Source: the human T2T-CHM13v2.0 reference genome, Homo sapiens
Assembly (NCBI RefSeq): GCF_009914755.1
Contig: NC_060928.1
DNA length: 64,000 nt
Strand: one strand, 5' to 3'
The notes beneath the pieces were generated by a model. That model had not been told where the DNA came from and did not search any database. It saw only the letters and a list, made by a program, of their open reading frames with translations. Below, in pieces: positions 51,773 through 64,000 of this stretch (its first letter is position 1; each line of letters begins with the position of its first letter). The translations under genes and the position numbers were made by a program.

Positions 51773-52464
51773 GACAAACCTCTCAGGAGGAAACTGAAGC
51801 TCAGACATTTCTCTGCAATGCTAGGTGCTCTGCGCTATGTCATGACTCCAGCCTTACTCTCTGGAACCTGTTCTCTCGCTGTCTCAGTAGAGGAGGAAGT
51901 CCAGGTGAGGTTAGTCAACGTTTGGAAATACAGTTGACCCTTGAACGACATGGGTTTGAAGTATGCAGGTCCGCTTATACACATACACACATTTTTTTCC
52001 AAAAAACATATTGGAAATTTTTTTGGACATTTGTAACAATTTGAAAAAACCCACAGACAAAATCATGTGGACTAGAAATACAGAAAAAATTTAAGAAAAA
52101 GATATGTCATGAGTGCATAAAATATATGTAGATAGATACTAGTCTATTTTATCATTTACTGACATAAAATATACACAAGTTTATTACAAAAAGTATAAAT
52201 TTATCAAAACTTACACGCACACTTAACACCATACATGGTGCCATTTGCAATTGAGAGAAACCTAGAAGATGTAAAGACGCAGTTTTAAATGATAACTGCA
52301 TAAAATTAACTGTAGTGCATACTGTACTACTGTAATAATTTCCTAGCCACCTCCTGTTGCTATTTAAGTGAGCTCCAGTGTTGCCAGTATCTGCTTAAAA
52401 TGCTATGTGATACTAATCATGTCTACATGAGCAGTTCATCTCTCCAGTAAATCTCATGTCATAA

Positions 52465-52797
<333 letters not shown>

Positions 52798-52850
52798 TCT
52801 TGTGTATTTTTTATCGCGTTTAGTGCAATACCATAAACCTTGAATAATAT

Positions 52851-54690
52851 CATGGGACCCATACAAAGTACCACCAGTGATGCTGGGCATGCTCCCAAGA
52901 AGCAGAGAAAAGTCATGACATTAAAAGAGAAAGTTGAATTGCTTGAGATGTGATATAGATTGAGGTCTGAAGCTATGGTAGTCCATTTCCTGATAAATGA
53001 ATCCAATGTAAGGACCATTATAAAAAAAGAAAAGAATTTCAAGAAGCCATCGCTGCAGCTACACAAGCAGGAGCAAAAATCTTCCACTTTTTGTAAAATA
53101 CCTTTTTATCTTGTATTGAAAATGCAGCTTTTATGTGGGTGCATGATTGCTATAGGAAAGGATGACTTATAGACTCTAATATGGTTTGAGAAAAAGAGAA
53201 ATTAGACAACAACTTAAAGCAAAAGGAAAGTGAAGGATTTAAAGCTGAAGAATTTAATGCCAGCAAAGGATGGTTTGATAATTTTAGAAAGTTTGACTTA
53301 AAAAATATCAATATTTCAGGAGAAGCAGTTTCTGCCAGCCACGAGACAGCAGATGAGTTTCTAGATGCCATTAAGAAAATTATTTGAGGAGAAATGTTAT
53401 CTTCCTGAACAGGTTTTAAATGCAAACAAAAGTACCCGATCCTGGAAAAAAAAAATGCCACAAAGGACAGTTATTAGTAATGAACAGAAGCAAGCACTAG
53501 GATTTAATGAAAAAAGAGATAGTCTAACTCTATCGTTTTGTGAAAACTCATTCAGGTTTATGAACAAAACTGCCCTCATTTATAAAACTGCTAACCCCCC
53601 AGCTTGAAGGGAAAAGATAAACACCAGCTAACAGTCTTTCAGTTGTAGAACAAGAAGTCTTGGCCAAAAAAAACCCCTTCCTGGGTTGATTCCACTGATG
53701 CTTTGTCCTTGAAGTCAGGAAGTAACTTGCCAGTAAGGGATGGTTTTTTTAAAACATTATTTTTATTTTACATATTTATTTACTTTTTAGAGATGGGGGT
53801 CTTGCTATGTTGCCTAGGCTGGTCTTGAATTCCTGGCCTCAACCAATCCTCCTCCCTCAGCCTCCCAGTTTCTAGGATTACAAGTTTGAGCCACCACCAG
53901 TGGGACTGCCTTTTAAAGTTGTTTTGATATTGGACAATGCCCTGGGACACTCAGAACCTCATGAGCTCAACACCAAAGATGTCAAAGTGGTCTCATTGCC
54001 CCCAAATACAATGTCCCTAATTCAACCTCTAGATCAGGGGATCATAAGGACCATTAAGGCTCATTACAGGGTACTCCATGGAAACGATTGTCAACACTAT
54101 GGAAGAGAATCCCAACAGAGAGAACATCACGAAAGTCTGGAAGGATTACACCATTTAAGATGCCATTTTGTTACAGAAAAGGTTGTGAAAGCCATCAAGC
54201 CCAAAACAATAAATTCCTGCTGGAGAAAACTCTGTCCAGATGTTGTGTGTGACTTCACAGGATTTACAACAGAACCAATTAAGAAAATGATGAAAGCGAC
54301 TGTGGATATGGCAAAAAAGAATTTTTTTTTAAGTGAGGGGTGAAGGATTTCAAGAAATGGATCTTGGAAAAATTCAAGAGCTAATAGACACCACACCAGA
54401 GGAATTAACAGAGGACAGCTTGATAGAGATGAGTGCTTTTGAGCCAGTGCCAAACAGTAAGGAAGAAGTCATAGAAGAAGCTGTTCCAGGAAACAAATTG
54501 ACATTAGACAATCTGGCGGAAGGGTTCTGGTTATTCAAGACTGCTTTTGACCTCTTTTATGGCATAGTTCCTTCTATGATACAGGCACTGAAACCAAAGC
54601 AAACAGTGGAAGAAGAATTGGTGCCATATAGAAACATTTTATAGGGAAATAAATGAGCAAAAAAGATAGAAATTACAATGTAATTCCATA
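52851..54690 (+). pseudogene. Decayed pogo/Tigger transposase (HTH, CENPB and DDE_1 domains)
   Basis: KKQRKVMTLKEKVELL, FNASKGWFDNFRK, LPEQVLNA, LILDNALGH and LPPNTMSLIQPLDQGII motifs spread over several frames with stops. Confidence 0.9.
53744..53898 (-). mobile_element. FLAM or AluJ left monomer inside the transposase
   Basis: GAGATGGGGGTCTTGCTATGTTGCCTAGGCTGGTCTTGAA...GAGCCACC. Confidence 0.85.
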
Positions 54691-56610
54691 AAGTTACACC
54701 GAACTTGCCTACCTCTCTTGCCTCCCCTTCCATCTCCTCCACCTCTTCCACCTCTACCACCCCAAGCAAGGCCAACCCCTCCTCTTCCTTTTCTTCATCA
54801 GCATACTCAATGTGAAGACTATGAGGATGAAGATCTTAATGATGATCCATTTCCACTTAATTAATATATTTTTTAAACATTTTCTTTTCTCTTTACTTCA
54901 TTAATTCTTTTGGTGTGATCTAAATTAGCTCTTCAATTTTCCCAAGATCCTTATCTTGAAACCCTAAATTGGCCTTAAATATATTTTCTCTTCCTATGAT
55001 TAAATAACATTTTCTTTTCTCTAGCTTGCTTTATTGTAAGAATGCAGTATATAATTCATATAATATACAAAACGTGTTAATTGATTATTTATGTTATTGG
55101 TAAAGCTTCTGGTCCACAGTAGGCTACTAGTAGTTAAGTTTTGGATGTCAAAACTTATACACAAATTTTCAACTGCTCAGAGTGTCGGTACCCCTAACCT
55201 GCATTGTTTGAGGGTCAACTTTACCTAGAAATAAAATTAAAACAGAGAACAAAGTTCTATTGTCTCTTATGGCAAAGAACCCTCTTTGGCAATGTTTCAG
55301 AATAGGAATTTGGGACACTCAGCTATCTACTGAGGCAATACCATGTTATAAGTTATCAACAGAAAATTCTCAAGGGCTAGTTTAGTTCCCCTCTTCTCCC
55401 CTTAGAAAATTTAGACCATGTTACAAAAGTTAACAACTTAAAACAAATGACAATATATAGAAGCTGATGGCAAGTGCTCTCAAGAACAGAATGGTAGTTC
55501 AGACTCTATCACCTGGAAAATTACCTAAGCAGAGTCTAGACCGGGGGAAATCACAATTCAAAATGAAACCAAATCTTCACACTAAGCATCAAATCCAAAC
55601 AGCATTTAAGGAAATCCCTGACTTAATGATCCTTCTGTTGAGGGAGGGGAGAAAAATCTTTATCTTTTTGGGGTTTCACAGAATTTGGCCTAGGGCTATC
55701 TAGCTTTTCTTTCTAGCCATGCTATAAGCATTCTGGACTGAGCAGGAGATGTTATTGTTGTTGGTTGCTGTTTCCTTTTGAATGAACAGTCACGCTTTCA
55801 CATAAAATGGGCCAGAGCTCGAGCCATTCTGTGACACTTAACATAGTAAGTCAGACGCTGGGGTTGTTGCTGACTCCTCCAGGCCACATGGGACCATTTA
55901 GCACAGAGAGGCAGTGGTGACTTGTCAACCAGAGTGCTAACCTACCCAGAAATGCAGTGTCCTCAGACTCCACTAGTTTGAAATCAATGACAAGCTTTAT
56001 GAAGCACACAAACAGTAAGAAACCCAACATCCCCACAGCAATGAAGGAGTGACTTAATCACTCCTAGCTGCTTTCCCTTCTGGGGAGCTTTACCTTTTTT
56101 TACCTACAGCCAAGAAGTAAATAGGATTGAAACCTCCAGCAGTCACTATTTGCTCCTGCAAACACCTTCCTAAATCAGTATTGTTTAGTACATGGAATCA
56201 CAGCTGAAAGGGGACAGGCCACTGCAGTGGGCATCACTGCATGGGGAGGAGGTTAGTTTGCCTTTGCCCTTCTGCTCCCAGCCTTTTATTGCTGGCCTGC
56301 TGCCAGAGGCAAACACTTGACCAGATATCAGTGACCCCACAGAGAATCTGCAGTCAGCAATGTCGAATCAATTCATGTATGCAAGAAAAAGCAGTTTTGC
56401 AATAAGGATAATTTTTTAGAAGCAGAAAAACTGTTGAAATGCTGCGGACAATTAGAAAACTTCAAACACTGGAGCCGGGGTCCTAGGCTCAATTTACATA
56501 TAGGCTGGTCAGTTTATTTTGTTCCAGAGCCATAAACTGTACCAACATCCTGTAAATATACACTGCCAATGTGCCGTTTTATAAGCATATTCTATCACTC
56601 AGAAGAGTGG

Positions 56611-56989
56611 TGTGATGGTTAATACTGAGTGTCAATTTGATTGGATTTAGGGATACAAAGTATTAACCCTGGGTGTGCCTGTGTACGTGTTGGCAAAATG
56701 GATTAACATTTGTGTCAGTGGGCTGGGGAAGGCAGATCCACCCTTAATCTGGTGGGCACAATCTAATCAGATTCCAGTAAATATAAAGGAGGCAGAAAAA
56801 CGTGAAAAGGAGAGATGGGCCTAGCCTCCCAGCCTACCTCTTTCTCCCGTGCTGGATGCTTCCTGCCCTCAAACTTCAGACTCCCAGTTCTTCAGTTTGG
56901 GGACTTGGACTGGCTCTCCTTGCTCCTCAGCTTGCAGACAGCCTATTGTGGGACCTTGTGATTGTGTAAGTTAATACTTAATAAACTCC

Positions 56990-57028
<39 letters not shown>

Positions 57029-57077
57029 ATATATATCCTGTTAGTTCTGTCCTTCTAAGAGAACCCTGACTAATACA
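56611..57077 (+). mobile_element. MLT2A1 (HERVL) solo LTR with internal (TG)n
   Basis: TGTGATGGTTAATACTGAGTGTCAA...GAGAACCCTGACTAATACA; TSD AGTGG/AGCGG. Confidence 0.92.
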
Positions 57078-57171
57078 AGCGGGCTGCTGACAAACAAGCA
57101 ATGAAGATTATCAGTTCTGTGTGACGTACAGCTTTTAAAGCATGTTTTATGGGCTGAACAAATTTTAATTA

Positions 57172-57700
57172 TGTGGCAGATTTTATTTTTCAAAGAGGGC
57201 ATCAACAAGGTCTTCCAATCCACATGTTATATTACAATGTGACTTTGATGCTCCTCCTATTTAGAGGTGGGGTCAATGGCTTCCTTGAAACTGGAGGTGT
57301 TTTGTGACTGTTTTGATTAACAGATTTTGGCAGAAGTGACTTCTATGTGACTTCTGAGGCTGGATTATAAAGGTTTCTGCCTGGTTTGTTTACTTAAAAA
57401 GTCTTCAATCACCAGGTAAATGGTCTGACTGCTGAGGTGGCCATGTTGTGAGGAAGCACAACTAGCCCATAAAGAGAGACCATATTGAAGGACCTCATGA
57501 CCACACAAACAGAAAGAGATGCTCAGCTTGCCCCCATCTACATAAGCCTACTATAGTGCTAGCTCTAGTTACCATCTTCCTGTCCCAAATTCTAACTTGC
57601 AGATGCTGAAAGATAGTAAAATGATTATTATTTTACTTAATTGTAAAATCAGTAAGTTGTGTGATAATTTTTTATACATGCAAAGAAGAAGCTAGCTATT
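57172..57700 (+). mobile_element. MLT1G/H-like LTR
   Basis: TGTGGCAGATTTTATTTTTCAAAGA...GGCAGAAGTGAC...GCCATGTTGTGAGGAAGC. Confidence 0.75.
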
Positions 57701-57850
57701 TGACCTATGACTGCTGCAATCCACAGATTGGCATCCGTGCAATTTAAAATAAATCAAAGTGGTTAAAGATCATGGATTCTGGAGGTCAGCTGCCTGCGTT
57801 CAAATTCCAGATTCACAACATATTAGCCATGTGATCTTGAGCAAATTACT

Positions 57851-57968
57851 TTTCTGAGCCTCAATCAACTTACATCCTCACTTACAGTTTGAGGATGATA
57901 ACTGCAGTTATCAACTTTCTGAGCCTCAATCAACTTACATCCTCACTTACAGTTTGAGGATGATAACT
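57851..57968 (+). repeat. Perfect 53-bp near-tandem duplication with a 12-bp spacer
   Basis: 57851-57903 is identical to 57916-57968. Confidence 0.97.
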
Positions 57969-58041
57969 ATAGTAACTTCATAGGGTTTGTGTGAAGATTA
58001 AATTAATTAATACTTATAAAATTCACAGAACAGCACCTGGC

Positions 58042-58432
58042 TTCTAAGGTTTGAATGTCCCCTTCCAAACTTATGTTGAAATTTAATTGCCATTGTAATA
58101 GTGTTGAGAAGTAGAACCTGTAAGAGGTGATCTGGTCATGAGAGTTCTGCTGTAATGAATGGTTTAATGCCGTTATCATGAGAGTGGGTTGGTTATCACA
58201 GGAGTGGGCTGCTAATAAAAATATAAAGTTCAACCCCCATCCCTCTCTGTCTCCTGGCTCACTTATCCTTTTGCTTTCTGTCATAGGATGATGCAGCACA
58301 AAGGTCCTTGCCAGATGTTAGTGCCATGCTTTTGGACTTCCCAGCCTCCAGAACTGTGAGAAATAAATTTCTTTTCTCTATAAATTACCCAGTCTGTGGT
58401 ATTCTAGTATAGTAACACAAAACAAACTCAGA
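58042..58432 (+). mobile_element. MSTC/MSTD MaLR solo LTR
   Basis: GGTTTGAATGTCCCC...GGACTTCCCAGCCTCCAGAACTGTGAGAAATAAATTTC; TSD CTGGC. Confidence 0.88.
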
Positions 58433-58865
58433 CTGGCAAATAGGAAGTGCTTACTAAGTGTTAACAGGAGAATTACAGGTTCTGTAGGGTCTGAAGCATA
58501 TTCAGTTTGGTACCTCTTAACACAAATATGTAAAGTTACAAATATTAGGTATACTCAGGAATAATCATTTGCTCAGTGCTAGGGACATGATAGTGACTTG
58601 GCATTCTTCCTGTCCTACAGGAGCTTATACTCCATATGTGAAGAGTGGAGAATAAACATATATTTACAAACTAGACAGATTATTTTTGAAAACAGCTATC
58701 TTTTTGCACTATCATTTATTCTGAAAGGATATAACTGGCTTTCCTGGGGAAAAGATGGCACTATCTACAGCAAGGTATCCTTTAAAATATGCAAGTAATT
58801 GAAAATAGTTGAAAACAGTGATTCTGCATTGTGGGCATTTATCTAAGGAAATACTCAGATAAGCA

Positions 58866-58936
58866 TTATATATATAAATTATATGATATATATATATATA
58901 TCCATGTATATATATATATATATATATATCCATGTG

Positions 58937-58968
<32 letters not shown>
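58866..58968 (+). repeat. (TA)n-rich compound microsatellite
   Basis: TA runs separated by CCATG/TG. Confidence 0.92.
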
Positions 58969-59299
58969 CCTACACATATTTAAATATATGTTGTAATTGA
59001 TGGCAAAGAATTCAAAATACATGGTTGTTTGACAATGAGATTAAATTTTTGAATGTTATGCTGCTATGAAAATGATTTTATATTCACAGAAATGTAAAGA
59101 TCTTCACAAAGTATAATTGAATGAGAAAAATTAGATGATAGAACAGTGTGTATCATACTGAGCAGGAGTGAGATATAGATACAAGAGTGGCTTTCAAGCA
59201 CTACGTTCATGCATTGTTTTCCTCTGAGTGATGAAATAAGAAGCAAGTTTTGAGCTTTATCTGTAACTTCCAATTCATTTACAGAAAATATGCTATACT

Positions 59300-61232
<1,933 letters not shown>

Positions 61233-62210
61233 GGAAATATGCCATACTGTGTAATAAAAATAAATTAATTTTATAAAAAGAATGACCACATCTTACTCAG
61301 GGTTCATATATGTCCTCAGTTCTTGATCCATCTTCAATAAAAAGGCATATTTAACAAACCATCAGTTTTTCCAGACTTGGAATAAGCTTCTGGCTCAGAT
61401 TTAGATGTGTTAGAATAGTAGTGAAATGCAAGTTTGTAGCCAGAACAGGACATGAGCTAAGAAGACACAGATTCCATCTGGAAGGCGTCTTGCCCTTCCA
61501 AGTCCAAGTTCATGGATGGAGCATCACTACATTCTAAAGTTAGACATAAAATGCTAACAGTATTGGTATTAACTAATGTGTCATTTCTGTGGTTTAATTG
61601 GATTGATTTTCTTGGAAATAATCATCAATGTATTCATCTCAAAAGTCTTGGATGCCCTTGACTTCATAACAGCTGCCATTATCCTAATTGTCTGGGGTTG
61701 AGGAATAAAGGACTTTAGATGGCAGCGAGTGGCTTAAACATTTTGGCTTATAAATATGTTGAGCATTCAAGTTGAATAAAATATAACCACTCCATCCCCA
61801 TGTCCTTTCTTTCTACCCTTTTTCTTTGAAAACAGCTGCTGTTTTTACAATTATTTATTGCTATATTTAAAAACATGTAACATGAGATCTACCTCCTTTA
61901 AAACATTTTAGGTATACAGTATAGTATTGTTAACTATGCACATTGTTGTACAGTAGATCTCTAGAACCTTTTCATCTTGCATAACTGAAATTTTACACTC
62001 ATCAGACAGGAATTCCCCATTTCCCAATTCCCCCAGCTCCTGGCAACCACCATTCTACTTTCTGCTTCTATGGGTTTGACTACTTTAGATGCCTCATGCA
62101 AGTAGAATCATGCAGTCTTTGTCCTTCAGCAACTGGTGTATTTCACTTAGCATAATGTTCTCAAAGTCCATCCAATTTGTTGTAAATGCCAGAATTTCCC
62201 TCTCTCTCTC

Positions 62211-62519
62211 TTTTTTTTTTGAGACAGAGTCTCACACTGTCACCTGGACTGGTGTGCAGTGGCACGATCTCGGCTCACTGCAACCTCTGCCTCCCAGGTT
62301 CAAGCGATTCTTCTGCCTCAGCCTCCTGAGTAGCTAGGATTACAGGTGCCTGCAACCACCCCTGGCTCGTTTCTTTTTGTTTTTGTTTTTTTTTGTATTT
62401 TTAGTAGAGATGAATTTCACTATGTTAGTCAGGCTGGTCTCAAACTCCTGACCTCCTGATCCGCTTGCCTTGGCCTCCCAAAGTGCTGGGATTATACGTA
62501 TGAGCCGCCACGTGCTGCC
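62211..62519 (-). mobile_element. AluS
   Basis: Full antisense Alu; TSD GAATTTCCCTCT. Confidence 0.95.
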
Positions 62520-62562
62520 GAATTTCCCTCTTTTTAAGGCTGAGTAGTATTCCACTGGGTAT

Positions 62563-62902
62563 TGATATGGTTTGGCTCTGTGTTCCCACCCAAATCTCAC
62601 CCTGAATTGTAATAATCCCCACTTGTCAAGTGGAGATAATTGAATCATGGAGGCAGTTTCCTCCATACCGTTCTCATGATAGTGAGTGAGTTCTCATGAC
62701 AGCTGATGGTTTTATAAGTGGCTTATTTTCTTCTTTCTCCTGAATATGAAGAAGGATGTGTTTGCTTCCCTTTCCACCATGATTGTAAGTTTCCTGAGGC
62801 CTCCCCAGCCATGTAGAACTGTCAGTCAATTAAGCCTCTTTCCCCTATAAATTACCCAGTCTCAGGTATTTCTTCACAGCAGCATGAGAATAGACTAATA
62901 CA
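62563..62902 (+). mobile_element. THE1C/D solo LTR
   Basis: TGATATGGTTTGGCTCTGTG...CCATGATTGTAAGTTTCCTGAGGCCTCCCCAGCC...GACTAATACA; TSD GGTAT/TGTAT. Confidence 0.92.
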
Positions 62903-64000
62903 TGTATATATACCACAGTTTCTTCGGCCATTCATCCACATCTCGGCTATTGTGAATAGTGCATGAACATGGCAATGGAGATACCTCTTTGAGGTCTTCA
63001 TTTCAATTCTTTTGACTAAATAGCCAGAAGTGAGATTTCTGGACCTTACGGTAGGTTTATTCTTAATTTCTTGAGAAACATCCATACTACTTTCCATGGC
63101 AGCTGCACCGCTTTACATTCCCAGCAACAATGCACAGGGGTTCTGATTTCTTCTCATCCCTCACCAACATTTGTTATTATGATTATTTTTTATAATGGCC
63201 ATCTTGACAGGTGTGAGGTAATATCTCATTGTGGCTTTGATATTCACTTACTTGATGATTAGTGATGTGGAGTATCTTTTCATAAATCTCCTGGCCATTT
63301 CTGTGTTTTTCCTGGAGAAATGTCTATTCAAGTCCTTTGCCCATTTTTCAATAAAGTTATTCGGAAGACAGCTGCTGTTTTAAACCATTATTTTTTTTAA
63401 TTACAATTCACATTTTTTTCACTGTTATTCTTTGATTTGGGTGAGATAAACCAAGTCTGATGTAGCCCACTCTTAGATATACACAATAGGAAGGCTAGTC
63501 TGCAAGTCTGCTCTGTACCTTTGGGCAAGTGCGCACGTTTCCTGTTATTCCATATATTTAGGAAGATATAGGCACCTTCTTGTTACATATATCTAAGAGT
63601 AGACTACATTAGACTGTGCTTATCTCACCCAAATCAAAGACTAATGGTTTAAAAAATAATGTGGCACTTCATCTGCTTAGGCCATCATACCTATAAATAC
63701 CTGCATAATCTTCTCACACCTGTCACTGATGCAGATTTCCTAACAAGAGATTTATTACTTTAAGCTATTGAGAAACTCTACCTTATTAAAACGTAAAGGA
63801 GAAAATGACCATATTGGATTTACTATTATTCCCTTATGTGAAATGAGTATTTTAGGTATTTGCCATGATGACATTTGGCTGAAAAAATAGGGAAGAAATA
63901 TAGAACACATAAATTATTTTGGAGGAACATTTAGGGGTTAGAAATCCAAAGCCAAGAGCCAAGGCTTGGTTAGATAGGGATGCTCTTTTGAGAGATGCCA

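Larger units (their letters stand above)
57765..58465 (+). mobile_element. MIR carrying a tandem duplication and an MST insertion
   Basis: GTGGTTAAAGATCATGGATTCTGGAG...TGTGAAGATTAAAT...CCTGGC [MST] CTGGCAAATAGGAAGTGCT. Confidence 0.8.
61846..63363 (-). mobile_element. 5'-truncated L1MA (L1MA8-10-like) with nested Alu and THE1
   Basis: TGTTGTACAGTAGATCTCTAGAAC 3' UTR; 18-bp TSD GAAAACAGCTGCTGTTTT (61828) / GAAGACAGCTGCTGTTTT (63364). Confidence 0.9.

Noticed and set aside
53900-54644. Possible domesticated TIGD-like gene
   Set aside because: Frameshifts, stops and a FLAM insertion, with TIRs retained, mark it as a dead Tigger2

Overview
This is primate, very probably human, genomic DNA: it carries AluY/S/J, L1PB, THE1, MLT2A1 and MADE1 elements. 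The window is an AT-rich, repeat-dense intergenic or intronic stretch. I see no intact protein-coding gene, tRNA, rRNA or CRISPR array, and nearly all ORFs in the supplied track come from Alu, L1, L2, LTR, Tigger or microsatellite sequence. Main content: a full-length Tigger2 with a decayed pogo transposase; two decayed ERVL-class proviruses with RT remnants; an LTR40-linked env remnant that keeps a gamma-type immunosuppressive domain; many solo LTRs; and nested insertions with readable target-site duplications. The less ordinary signals are several locally templated duplications (one with a possible gene-conversion tract, one with a fold-back palindromic junction), a ~600 bp CpG-rich unique segment inside an MLT2 LTR, a MADE1/miR-548-type hairpin, and a phase-compatible chain of candidate + strand exons near the start. 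I cannot support a new biological system from the sequence alone. Subfamily names are from my recall of consensus sequences, and boundaries of old repeats are approximate (about 10-50 bp).
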